DNA of 64,000 nt from a bacterium. Lineage in GTDB: Bacteria > Krumholzibacteriota > Krumholzibacteriia > G020349025. The notes under the pieces are model-generated. The model was given only the letters and a program-made list of their open reading frames with translations. It did not search any database and was not told the DNA's origin. Made by a program: the position numbers and the translations under genes. The stretch covers positions 1 to 64,000 of the forward strand of contig JANLSU010000069.1 in NCBI GenBank assembly GCA_031362565.1, read 5' to 3'. Of the stretch, positions 37,982 to 47,731 are shown in pieces. How positions within the stretch are numbered: the first letter of the stretch is position 1; each line of letters starts with the position of its first letter.

Positions 37982-40900
37982 TCAGCGCAGCACCGCGAGC
38001 TTGCCGCGCACTTCCTGGATCGGCGCACCGGCCGGTCGCACGCCAAGCCTGTAGAGGTAGATGCCGCTCGCCACCGCATGGCCGTGAGTGCTCTTGCCAT
38101 TCCACTGGAGCAATCCCCGGCGCAGGCCGTCATGGTGTTGGCGGGTGCGGAAGACCTCCCGGCCATCGACGCTGAAAACCCGCAGCTCGATGTCGGCCGC
38201 GATGTCGAGTAGGAAGGCGAAGTCGGCGCCGGCGCGGGTCGGATTCGGACCGGCACGGAAGTCGGTGAGGCGTAGGATTGGCGCCCCGATGATCTCGAAA
38301 TCGAGGCTTGCCGATGCCGCATTCCCAAGGTTGTCGGATGCGAACAACGTGGCTTGATGCGATCCGGGTGCTAGCGCCGGAAGTGGCACGGAAACCGTTC
38401 CCGACCGGTCGGAGCCCGCGCTCGATCGATACGCCGTCGTGACTTCGATCAGGTCACCACCGTCCAGTTGAACGCGGATCGAACTCGCGGGCGTGAGTCC
38501 CGCGATCCAAATCCCGTTGTCATCGTCGAGCGTGGCTGTCAGCAACGCACCGGACACCACGCGGCGAGCATCGCCCGGGAATGTGAGGCGGATTTGCGGC
38601 GGCGCCAGCGATGAGTCCGGTGCCTCGCCGCGCCTGAGAATGACACCGTCGCGCCCGCCTTTCGCATCCAGCAGTGCGTTCCACGCGTACGCCGCGACCC
38701 GACCACCGGGAAGGAGGCGGGTGTTCTTGGCGCTCGCGCTGTCGCTGTCCAATGGCGGTGGCACGGTGAACTCGAAGGCGAAGCGGCCAGCGCGGACCGG
38801 CACCGAACCGCGATAGACCGGGGCGCCCGGAAGGACGTAGGGGATCACGAGTGGCGGCGGCTCCGTGCGTCGATAACCGCTCGCGTCGGCGTTCCCGAGG
38901 ACCTCGATCTCGGCTTGCCCGTCGAAGCTGGCCAGCGGATCCGTCTTCCCGGGCAGATGGACGATGCCCTCGATCCGGGCGCGCCGCCCGACGGCGAGCG
39001 AATCGGCTCCCGATGTAAATGTGACGGTGGCTTTTGGCACGTTCAAGACGAGCGCGGGGTCGCCAAGCAACATGAAGTGCTCGGTGCCCGTGTTCGGCCG
39101 CCCCTTGGCGAGGCGGTGGACGAGGCCGATCGGCTGCGGGGCGGCGATGCCGGCTCGGAAGAGTTGGGCGAATTGCTGTACGGCAAGCCCAAAACCTGCT
39201 CCGAGGTAGCTCGCCGTTGTCGGTCCGATCGCGGCGATGGCACCGCCGTTCGGCGACGCGACCAGGCGTTCCTCATAGCTCTGTGTCGTGGTGCGATCGA
39301 ATTCCGCTGCGTCGTCGTGGAATTGGAGGACGAGCGGCAACCGCGCGCCGTTCGTGAGCGCCGGCACGTCGCTGGCGAGCAGCAGAACCTCGTCTGCAAG
39401 CTGACTGGCGCTGCCACGTCCTTGATAGCTGAAGAGAGCACAACCCTCGTTCCAGGCTCGAATGAGCGCCGCTCGAGCCGCCGGCTTCTGGGACGCGACG
39501 AGCGGGTATTCGGTCATGTAGACCTTGTCGACGTCGAACTCCGGTGGAATCGTCGCGACCAGATCCTCGGCGTTGTCGATGAAATAGGTTTCATAGCAGC
39601 CGGCGCTCGGGTTGCACTCGTCGTCTGCTGCAATCAGAACACGGCCGCGCCACGGTCCGAATAATGGCTCACTTTCGTAGGCCAGGATCTTGTCTGCCAT
39701 CTGGTCGGCCTCGAGCAGGTCGCGCGCCGGCAACCGGCCAATCGACACGTCGGCCTGTGGAATGAAGGCAACTCCAGCGGGCGGTCGATGCATCGCGACG
39801 AACCAGTCTTCGACGGCGTAGGCGCGACCGGACCGTGGATCGGCATACAGCGGATGGACCGTTGGCACGAGCGTCGGCGGAGTATTTGGAAGAACCTGCC
39901 GGGGATCGCGCGTCGCATCGCCGAGCAGAAGGAGATATGCAAGCCGTGGCTCACTCGACAAGCCGTACAGCCACTTGATCCAGTTCCGGATCGCGAGCGG
40001 ATCTTGGCGGCCGCCAGAGAAGTTATCGTAGATGTCGCGCGTCGTCGTGACGAGAACATCGGGATTCGAAACGCCGGGAAGGTGGTTACGACGGTGTGCG
40101 GCGAGCCGTTCGGCGGCCGGCAAGAGGTCCGGGTGCGTCACAATCAGCATGTCCGGGGTTGTGGTGCGGGATCGAAGCGGTGCGACATCCCGCATCTCGA
40201 GGTCGGTTGCTGCATCCAGCCGGCGTGGCGTGGCGGTCGCGAGATAGTGGACCCGATGGCCGGCGGCGCGCGGGTCTCGGACCCGCCAGCGAGCGGAGTC
40301 GGCGACCGGCGTCAGGCCGGTGAGGCGCACCGGCCGCAGGCGATCTGTCACGTCGAGAAGGAGGGGTTCGATGGCGCCAAAGCCCCCGAACTCCTCGACG
40401 TGCGGAGCGGCTTCGGGGCGCGTGCTCCAGGCAAGTTCGCCGCGTGCGTCGGCCATCAGCGATCGAGCCCACGTCACGTCGAATTCGAAGAGGTACACGA
40501 TGCCGGAGGACGATTGGCTCGTGCGTCGCAAAATGAGTCTGTTGTGGGCGCGCAACGACGCCAGCTCGAACGTAAATGGCTCTGCCGCGTTGGGGTGGAA
40601 GTTGGTCGCGCTGCCGATCGCGATGTCGTTGAGCTGGACAGCGATCGCATTGTTGCCGGACAGATAGTAAGTGCCGATGAGCAAGCGAATCGCTCCGATT
40701 GCCGTGGAGTCGCCGCCCAGATCTAGATCGAAGTCGATGGTCGTCGGGGTCTCGCGGCGAATTTGCTGCCAAGCCAGCAGGTCTCCGAAATCTACGAAGG
40801 CGTGATCTTCCTCGAGATGCTCGCGATGCCACACGCGCGTCACGAGAGGATCCGTCACCGGCTCAGGCGCCGACGCGGAGCGCGATTCCATTCGCAGTCC

Positions 40901-41377
40901 GGGAGCGCCTCCCCAAACCAGCCAGCCGTACTCGAAACGGTCGTAGGGATGCTGCGAGTAGGCGAGCGAATCCGCTACACCGGCCAGGTCGTCCCACCCA
41001 GCCGGTCCGAGCGCGTAAAACACGACGCGATCCTCGGCGTCGAGCTTGCCGTCCTCCTGGCCAGGGACCCAAATGGCGACCTCGCTCATCTCGTAACCCG
41101 GCTGCCAGCTCGCGGGTATCGAGTCGGGGAGCAACGGCGCCGCCTTCCAACTGTCGAACACGAGGCGCAGGGTGCGCGGATCGAACCCTGGATCGTGCAC
41201 TGGTACGCCGGCAATGGCGAGATCTGCAGGTGACAACTCGTAGATGCCACGCGCGGGGATTCGGATCCGGAGCCGGGTCATGGGGAGTTCGGAGGCCTCG
41301 GCACGCGTGTTGGCAAGCACGAGAATGGCAACGCAGACGGTGAGGCGGCGAACAGCAACCGAAATGCGGTCGCGCAT
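37982..41377 (-). CDS. PorU/gingipain-like peptidase C25 protein with FlgD-Ig CTD; catalytic dyad apparently substituted
   Basis: Own signal peptide; GIYEL..., EVAIWV.G.EDG, DIYDNFSGG.QDP.AIR, YLLLLGD, IGRLP, GGAIA, LLGDPAL; same frame as the upstream DUF4403-like region with no stop. Confidence 0.88.
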   Translation of the reverse strand: MRDRISVAVRRLTVCVAILVLANTRAEASELPMTRLRIRIPARGIYELSPADLAIAGVPVHDPGFDPRTLRLVFDSWKAAPLLPDSIPASWQPGYEMSEVAIWVPGQEDGKLDAEDRVVFYALGPAGWDDLAGVADSLAYSQHPYDRFEYGWLVWGGAPGLRMESRSASAPEPVTDPLVTRVWHREHLEEDHAFVDFGDLLAWQQIRRETPTTIDFDLDLGGDSTAIGAIRLLIGTYYLSGNNAIAVQLNDIAIGSATNFHPNAAEPFTFELASLRAHNRLILRRTSQSSSGIVYLFEFDVTWARSLMADARGELAWSTRPEAAPHVEEFGGFGAIEPLLLDVTDRLRPVRLTGLTPVADSARWRVRDPRAAGHRVHYLATATPRRLDAATDLEMRDVAPLRSRTTTPDMLIVTHPDLLPAAERLAAHRRNHLPGVSNPDVLVTTTRDIYDNFSGGRQDPLAIRNWIKWLYGLSSEPRLAYLLLLGDATRDPRQVLPNTPPTLVPTVHPLYADPRSGRAYAVEDWFVAMHRPPAGVAFIPQADVSIGRLPARDLLEADQMADKILAYESEPLFGPWRGRVLIAADDECNPSAGCYETYFIDNAEDLVATIPPEFDVDKVYMTEYPLVASQKPAARAALIRAWNEGCALFSYQGRGSASQLADEVLLLASDVPALTNGARLPLVLQFHDDAAEFDRTTTQSYEERLVASPNGGAIAAIGPTTASYLGAGFGLAVQQFAQLFRAGIAAPQPIGLVHRLAKGRPNTGTEHFMLLGDPALVLNVPKATVTFTSGADSLAVGRRARIEGIVHLPGKTDPLASFDGQAEIEVLGNADASGYRRTEPPPLVIPYVLPGAPVYRGSVPVRAGRFAFEFTVPPPLDSDSASAKNTRLLPGGRVAAYAWNALLDAKGGRDGVILRRGEAPDSSLAPPQIRLTFPGDARRVVSGALLTATLDDDNGIWIAGLTPASSIRVQLDGGDLIEVTTAYRSSAGSDRSGTVSVPLPALAPGSHQATLFASDNLGNAASASLDFEIIGAPILRLTDFRAGPNPTRAGADFAFLLDIAADIELRVFSVDGREVFRTRQHHDGLRRGLLQWNGKSTHGHAVASGIYLYRLGVRPAGAPIQEVRGKLAVLR

Positions 41378-41499
41378 CGACAAACACGGGCCCAGGCGGG
41401 TGTGCATCGAGACTCTTTCTGATTGGGCAGTACTCGCGCCGGACATTGTACACCCGAACGTGGCGTGACCGGCGGAAACCCATGGACCTGTCGAGGATC

Positions 41500-42988
41500 G
41501 GATCCTGGCCCGGGCGAGTACGCGGTCGACGGCGAGCCGCGCCTGTCCTTCGGCGAGGGCGCGGACGACCAGGTGATCTTGCGTCGCCCAGACGGCCATG
41601 CCGCGCGAGCCACTCAAGGTCACCTGCAGCCGCGCGCCAGCGGTGAGCTCGCGGTTCATCCCGTTTTCGGCCAGGCGTTGCAACCGGGCGAGGGCGGACG
41701 AGTCCGGGATCACCGCGTTGGCTCGCAGGACGTCGCGCACCTTGCCGCCTTGCCACCACGAGAGGCCGCGCGCCACCAGGTGAGTGCTTCCGACGTCGAA
41801 GTCGAGGTCGGGGACCGCGAGCTGCCGCGTCGCGACGTCGAGCTGCGGGGTCCCGGTGAGAAAGATGCGCCCCTGCATCGCGCCGCTGAACGTTACACCC
41901 AGCGCGACGCGCCCGCTGCCGATGCCGCGCAACGTGATGTCCTCGATGCGCATGCGGCGCCCCGCCATGCGGATCACTCTGCCGACGAGCGATTTGCGCA
42001 TCAGGTCCGTCGCGGCGTCGTACGAGAAGACCCCCTCGAGAACGACATGCAGCCCGGCGTCAGTGCCAGTGCCGGTGCCGGCGTCGGCGCTGGGGTCGGG
42101 CGTCGTCCGGAGCGCCGGTAGGGGCGTCACGAGAGTGCTGTCCTCCAGGCGCATCTCGGTGACGATCCTCGGCCGAGCTTCGAGGCGCAGAACAGCAACC
42201 AACGTGTCGCCACCGCCGCTGAACGATGCGAGCTGCGTCGCGCCGGGCTGAATCAACAACCACACCCCATCGGTGAGCCGGATCGGCCGCTCCATCTTTT
42301 TCCAGATGCCGTCGATCCGGCGGCGCATGTCGACTCGTGCCACCTGCTGATCGAATCGTGCGAGCCGGCGGGTCATTTCCTCACCCAGCGCGCTCGCGAC
42401 CTTGCCGGTGACGTCGACGTGCAGAAAGGTCACGCTACATTGGTCGCGTGGCTCCGTGAACCGGACGATGTCAGCGTGGGTGCGCGTCCGCAGCCCCCAT
42501 TCGGTGGTGAATGACGGAGTACTCACGATGCGCAAAAGCAGCCGGGGTTTGGGATCGCTGCCCCCGCCGCAGCCGGCGCTCATCTCCGGAGCGAGCGGTG
42601 GGTCGTACCAGGCGCGTGCCTCATACTCGAGTGTTGTCTCGATGACGATCTCGGACCCCTCGACACGCACCGAAAACGGCGAGCGGCGCGCCGTGAATGC
42701 AAAGGAGGAACGTGCGGTGCTGTCGGCGCGGATTCGCTGCTCCAGCGAGCCGAAACGGCGCGGCACGTCGGCCTCGAATTGGGCGATCGCCGGCCCGAGG
42801 TCGAAGATGATTGGCGCAATCAGGATCGACGCCGGCACTCGCGGCAGAGTTTCCGCGACGTCGGGCGTCAGCGACGGCTCGGGAGCGGCGACGTGAATCG
42901 GGAGGATCCACACCCGCCAGACGAAATAAGCGGCGACCGCGAGCGCGAGGGCGGCCCCGCCGATCAACCAACCACGCTTTGCCATCAT
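41500..42988 (-). CDS. DUF4403-like protein (N-terminal TM, TULIP/AsmA-like); no stop codon, reads into the C25 gene
   Basis: IWKKMERPIRL...WL.IQP, G.IFLTGTP.LD....L.VPDLDFD; GAGG RBS; the low coordinate marks the approximate domain end. Confidence 0.7.
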
Positions 42989-43171
42989 GTCCTCGCGCGG
43001 CAAGGCGCCTTTGGCACTGGTGCTGGCGCGGGCCCGACGATTCCGCCGCGGCCCAGGATATCATAGTGGGACATGCGGGGCGCCGACGCGGTCGGCGCGC
43101 GAGCCGCCGGGGTGAATTCTGCTAAAGTGTCCGCCTTCAAAAGGCTTTGGGGGATCGGTGAGAGCAAGGTC

Positions 43172-44047
43172 ATGATCGTTCACCTGGTTGACGGCACATA
43201 CGAGCTCTTCCGCCACTTCTACGGCCTGCGCCGCATCAACGACGGCAAGGCCCGGCCTTTCGGCGCCGTGCATGGCGTCTTGCACACCGTGCTGGAAATG
43301 ATCGAGACCGGCGCGACTCACATCGGCGTCGCGACCGATCATGTCATCGAGTCCTTCCGGAATGACCTTTGGTCCGGTTACAAGACGGGTGCCGGCATCG
43401 AGCGCGGGCTGTGGATGCAGTTTCACCCTCTCGAGGAAGCCTTGAGCGCCATGGGTGTTGCGGTGTGGCCGATGGTCGAGCTGGAAGCGGACGACGCGCT
43501 CGCGTCGGCGGCACGGATCGCGTCCGCCAGCCCGGGCGTCGAGAAGACCTGCATCTGGACACCCGATAAGGATCTGGCGCAGTGCGTCCGTGGCGACCTC
43601 GTCGTGCAAGTCGACCGCAAGAGCAACAAGATCCGCGACGCGGCCGGGGTGCGCGAAAAGTTCGGGGTCGAGCCCGCCCTGATCCCCGATTTCCTCGCCC
43701 TGGTTGGCGACGCCGCGGACGGCTACCCGGGTATCGCCGGAATCGGGCGGGTCACGGCGGCGCGGCTCTTGAATCGCCACGGTGCAATCGAGGCCTTCCC
43801 AGCCGACGTGTTGGGGGATCAGCGCGAGCTCGCGCTCTTGTTCAAGGATCTGGCGACGCTTCGGACGGATGCCAGCCTCTTCAATGACGCACGAGATATC
43901 TTCTGGCACGGCCCGACCGATGCGTTCGCCGCCTGCGTGGCGCGCCTCGGTGATCCTCGACTGTTGGAGAGGAGCCTCAAAGCGCGCGGTGCAATCGGAT
44001 CAAAAAAGAAGGCCTCCCGATCACCCCGCAGCGATGGGAGGCCTTGA
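43172..44047 (+). CDS. Stand-alone 5'-3' exonuclease/flap endonuclease (PolI N-terminal-like)
   Basis: LVDG, FRNDLW.GYK, EADD, DKD, ALVGD.ADGYPG..GIG..TA. Confidence 0.92.
   Translation: MIVHLVDGTYELFRHFYGLRRINDGKARPFGAVHGVLHTVLEMIETGATHIGVATDHVIESFRNDLWSGYKTGAGIERGLWMQFHPLEEALSAMGVAVWPMVELEADDALASAARIASASPGVEKTCIWTPDKDLAQCVRGDLVVQVDRKSNKIRDAAGVREKFGVEPALIPDFLALVGDAADGYPGIAGIGRVTAARLLNRHGAIEAFPADVLGDQRELALLFKDLATLRTDASLFNDARDIFWHGPTDAFAACVARLGDPRLLERSLKARGAIGSKKKASRSPRSDGRP
44002..44045 (-). terminator. Intrinsic terminator for the histone-like gene
   Basis: AAGGCCTCCC/GGGAGGCCTT stem followed on the minus strand by CTTTTTT. Confidence 0.75.
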
Positions 44048-44065
44048 GCGGCGATCCGGCCCGAT

Positions 44066-44344
44066 CTACTTCGCGGTTGTCTTCTTCGCGCTCTTCTTGC
44101 GGCCGGCCTTCTTGCCGGCTCTCTTCGTTGCCGCTTTCTTCGTCGCGGCCTTCTTCGTGCCGGCCTTCTTCACGCTCTTCTTCTTGGCCGCCTTCTTCTT
44201 GTCGGCCTCGGCCTTGCTCTTCTTCGCCAGGTCGGCGCGATGCGCGCGCTCGTACGTCTGCATGTCGGTGATGCGGCCCTTCGCGTCGCGGACAGCGTAG
44301 AGTTTCTTCCCGGCGCTGCTGCGATGCGTCGTGCGTTTCGCCGT
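44066..44344 (-). CDS. Small Lys/Ala-rich histone H1-like protein (ACG at the expected start)
   Basis: AKRTTHRSS.GKKLYAVRD.KG core + KKAA repeats; AAGGAG 6 nt before ACG. Confidence 0.75.
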   Translation of the reverse strand, partial: TAKRTTHRSSAGKKLYAVRDAKGRITDMQTYERAHRADLAKKSKAEADKKKAAKKKSVKKAGTKKAATKKAATKRAGKKAGRKKSAKKTTAK

Positions 44345-44748
44345 GACGAACTCCTTTGAGAATGAAACGAGATTCGAGGCCACGAACTCCGACGTTGCGA
44401 GCTTCCATCTCGAGCTGAAAACGCATTCAAGCAATCGCCGCGAGTCTTGTCAACTCTCAGGTGGACGCTGCCTGACTCGTGACTCCTCCCCGTGTTCAAA
44501 CGGGCGATGCCCAACGTTGACCGTGCATGTCGCTCGGAGTACGATCCGCCCGAAGAGCAACGACGCGTCGGACTCGTGCGCAGGCTCAAGTGGGCCTCGC
44601 GATGGGAGCGTCGGCTCGGTCGCTTTCGTTCGGGGAGACGCACGTCACGCCGTGGGGCTCGGAGCAAGAGTTCGTGTATTGCTACTGATCGCATGCCGAA
44701 CTGACGAGCGTGGCGTCGTGCCATGGTCGGTATTGTGAAAGGCAAGCG

Positions 44749-45564
44749 GTGACCGATAACGCGGATGCTTCTCGCAGGCTCGCAGCCGAGTATTCGGCAA
44801 AGGCTACGGAGTATGCGCGCCGTTGGGCACCCGTACTCCACCCAATGGCTCGCGTCCTCCTCGGAGCATTGCCGCTCGAAACTGCGCGTCACGTCCTGGA
44901 CCTGGGTTGTGGCACGGGAGACCTGCTGGCCGACCTGCGCGCCGCCGCTCCCAGTGCGAGCCTGATCGGAGGCGATCGGGCGGAAGGTATGGTCCGAGTC
45001 GCGCGGCAGACCGAGTCGTGCAGTCTGCTGGTGACGGACGCCGAATTTCTGGGGTTGCGAGCCGAGACGTTCGACGTTGCGGTCCTGGCCTTCATGCTGT
45101 TTCACGTACCCGACCCGGCCGCGGCGCTGCGCGAGGTCTGGCGCGTGCTCCGGCGGAATGCGTTCGTTGGCATTGCAGTGTGGGGAACGGACCCGGGCAC
45201 CCCAGGCGCGGCGATCTGGACCGAAGAGCTGGACGCGAGTGGTGCCGCGCCGGATCCGCGCGATGCTCTCGTGATGGGGCAAGCTCGCATGAACACTGTC
45301 GAGCGGCTCGCTGTGCTGCTGCGCCAGGCGGATTTCCCGCCCCAGCGGATCTGGAGCGAGTGCTTCGCCCATCGGTGGACGGTGGAGGCCTTGTTGGGGA
45401 TGAACACGAGTTGCGGAATGCCGGCTCGAAGACTGGCCAGCTTGTCGAAGAAGGCGCAGGCGAGCTGCTGCGAGCGAGTTCGGTCGCGCATCATGACGTT
45501 CGCTGCCGACGACCTCGTCCATCGCCCCGAGATCTTGTTCGCCGTAGCCCGCCGACCGGCCTGA
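44749..45564 (+). CDS. Class I SAM-dependent methyltransferase
   Basis: VLDLGCGTG, FDVAV..FMLFHVPDP..ALRE..RVL. Confidence 0.88.
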   Translation: MTDNADASRRLAAEYSAKATEYARRWAPVLHPMARVLLGALPLETARHVLDLGCGTGDLLADLRAAAPSASLIGGDRAEGMVRVARQTESCSLLVTDAEFLGLRAETFDVAVLAFMLFHVPDPAAALREVWRVLRRNAFVGIAVWGTDPGTPGAAIWTEELDASGAAPDPRDALVMGQARMNTVERLAVLLRQADFPPQRIWSECFAHRWTVEALLGMNTSCGMPARRLASLSKKAQASCCERVRSRIMTFAADDLVHRPEILFAVARRPA

Positions 45565-46685
45565 TGCAGTTGTTCGCAACTTCGACGACCAAGGATGGCG
45601 ACGTGAGATCCAGTTCGCGACGCGGGGCTGTGCTGGGCCTTCTCGCTGCCGCCCTGTTCGGGCTGAGCGCTCCCATCTCGAAGCGCCTCTTGACGGAAGC
45701 GTCACCCCAAGTCCTCGCCGGGCTTCTATACCTGGGCGCTGGAATCGGCCTCTCCTTGTATCGCGCGGTCCGGCCCTCGACAGCCGAAGCCCAACCGCGG
45801 CGTTCGGATGCGCGAGCGCTCGTTGCCATGATCGCGCTTGGCGGCGTGATCGCACCGGTTCTCATGCTGCTCGGACTGCGTCGCGTCACCGCAGTCGCTG
45901 GCTCGCTCCTGCTCAACCTGGAAGCGCCGTTCACGATCTTGGTCGCTCTGTTCCTCTTTCACGAGCATTTGGGAAAGCGTGGATTCGTCGCGGCTGGGCT
46001 CATCATCGCTGGCGCAGTCGTTCTCGGCCTCGTTCCAGGTCCGTTCGGCACCGACCTGGTCGGCGCGTTCTGCATCTCGAGCGCGTGTTTGTGCTGGGCC
46101 CTCGACAACAACCTCACCCAACGGCTCACCGTGCGCGATCCGCTGGCGATTGTTAGGCTCAAGGCACTAACGGCGGGCGGACTGAATCTGGCGATCGGCC
46201 TTGGACTGGCCGGCCGTATTCCAGCTTTGCACGTCGTTTTGGCAGCTCTCGTACTCGGTAGCCTGAGCTACGGCGTGAGCGTGCTTCTCGACGCGTATGC
46301 GCTGCGGTTGGTAGGTGCCGCCCGAGAAGCGGCTTACTTCGCGACTGGACCCTTTATCGGGGCCATCGCATCGGCGGTGATGCTCGGCGAGCCCATTCGT
46401 GCGCGCGACACCCTGGCGATGGCGGTCATGGCGCTCGGAGTTGTGTTCTTACTACGCGAACGCCATGGACACCGGCATACGCACGAAGCGATCGAGCACG
46501 ATCACGTCCACGTGCACGACGGGCACCACCACCATGAGCATGGCGCTGGCGATCCACCCGGCGAGCCTCATGCCCATCCGCATGCGCACGTGCCGCTCGT
46601 GCACGACCATGCGCATGTGTCCGACCTACACCACCGCCACGGACACTCGAGGGTAGAGGATGCGGAAGGCGATCATCTAAGATAG
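45564..46685 (+). CDS. DMT/EamA transporter with His-rich C-terminal tail
   Basis: LAGLLYLGAG, SLLLNLE, WALDNNLT, about 10 TM, HxHxH tail; ATG overlaps upstream TGA. Confidence 0.9.
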   Translation: MQLFATSTTKDGDVRSSSRRGAVLGLLAAALFGLSAPISKRLLTEASPQVLAGLLYLGAGIGLSLYRAVRPSTAEAQPRRSDARALVAMIALGGVIAPVLMLLGLRRVTAVAGSLLLNLEAPFTILVALFLFHEHLGKRGFVAAGLIIAGAVVLGLVPGPFGTDLVGAFCISSACLCWALDNNLTQRLTVRDPLAIVRLKALTAGGLNLAIGLGLAGRIPALHVVLAALVLGSLSYGVSVLLDAYALRLVGAAREAAYFATGPFIGAIASAVMLGEPIRARDTLAMAVMALGVVFLLRERHGHRHTHEAIEHDHVHVHDGHHHHEHGAGDPPGEPHAHPHAHVPLVHDHAHVSDLHHRHGHSRVEDAEGDHLR

Positions 46686-46756
46686 GCCGTTACGACGGAA
46701 CGTCCGACTGCACAGGGCACGCGGGCAACTCGAAATGCGTTTGTGGAGGGATACGA

Positions 46757-47692
46757 ATGAGCACCGATTTGAATGCCTGGCCCAGCCTCGACTATGCGGC
46801 GTGGAGCGACACGGCGGCCACGTTGCACCTGTGGACACAGATCGTCGGCAAGATTCGCCTCATTCGATCGCCGTGGACCAATCATTCCTGGCACGTGACG
46901 CTCTACGTCACATCGACAGGGTTGAGCACCTCGACCATCGCCCACGGCGATCGCGCCTTCCAGATCGATTTCGACTTCGTCGCTCATCGCCTCGTCGTGT
47001 CCTCGAACGATGGCCGTTCGCGCCATGTGCCGCTCGAACCGCAGTCGGTCGCCGCGTTCTATGCCCGGCTCATGCAGGCGTTGGACGAGCTCGACCTTGG
47101 CGTGCACATCCACAAGACGCCGAACGAAATCGCCGACCCGATTCCGTTCGACCGGGACGAAACCCATCGGTCCTACGATCCGGAGTACGCCAACCGCTAC
47201 TGGCGGGTGCTGGTGCAGGCGGACCGCGTGTTCAAGGTGTTCCGCGCCCGGTTCTTGGGCAAGTGCAGCCCGGTGCATTTTTTCTGGGGTGCCCCGGACC
47301 TCGCGGTGACGCGATTCTCCGGGCGCCCGGCCCCGCAGCACCCGGGCGGGGTCCCGAATCTCCCCGATTGGGTGACGCGCGAAGCGTATTCGCATGAGGT
47401 GAGTAGCTGCGGGTTCTGGGCTGGCGGCGGACCGATTCCGTATCCAGTGTTCTATTCGTACGCCTATCCGGAGCCGGCGGGGTTTCCGGAACAACGCGTC
47501 GCGCCGAGTGCGGCGTTCTACAGCACCGATCTTCGGGAGTTCCTCATTCCGTACGATCAGGTGCGGCAGTCGAGTTCTCCGGATGCGACGCTTCTCGAGT
47601 TCCTGCAGACCACCTACGAGGCGGCAGCGAACTTAGCCGGCTGGGATCGAGCCGCGCTGGAGCGACAGTCGGACCCGCAGCGGGCTGTTTGA
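46757..47692 (+). CDS. DUF5996-family protein
   Basis: TLHLWTQIVGK.RL...PW.NHSWHVTLY, GKCSPVHFFWG, EAYSHEV.S.GFW. Confidence 0.85.
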   Translation: MSTDLNAWPSLDYAAWSDTAATLHLWTQIVGKIRLIRSPWTNHSWHVTLYVTSTGLSTSTIAHGDRAFQIDFDFVAHRLVVSSNDGRSRHVPLEPQSVAAFYARLMQALDELDLGVHIHKTPNEIADPIPFDRDETHRSYDPEYANRYWRVLVQADRVFKVFRARFLGKCSPVHFFWGAPDLAVTRFSGRPAPQHPGGVPNLPDWVTREAYSHEVSSCGFWAGGGPIPYPVFYSYAYPEPAGFPEQRVAPSAAFYSTDLREFLIPYDQVRQSSSPDATLLEFLQTTYEAAANLAGWDRAALERQSDPQRAV

Positions 47693-47731
47693 CCGGCGGT
47701 GATGACAAGAGCGTCTCCCGGGACCGTGGGC

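Noticed and set aside
37982..43003. The 1673-aa ORF as one established protein
   Set aside because: An internal signal peptide and a non-coding-like linker favour two genes; kept only as an open question in findings
43172..44344. Exonuclease + histone-like protein as a defence or repair system
   Set aside because: They are convergent, separately transcribed genes from common stand-alone families
44823..45563. N-terminal 247 aa of the 620-aa DMT ORF
   Set aside because: It overlaps the methyltransferase in another frame; the likely start is the coupled ATG at 45564
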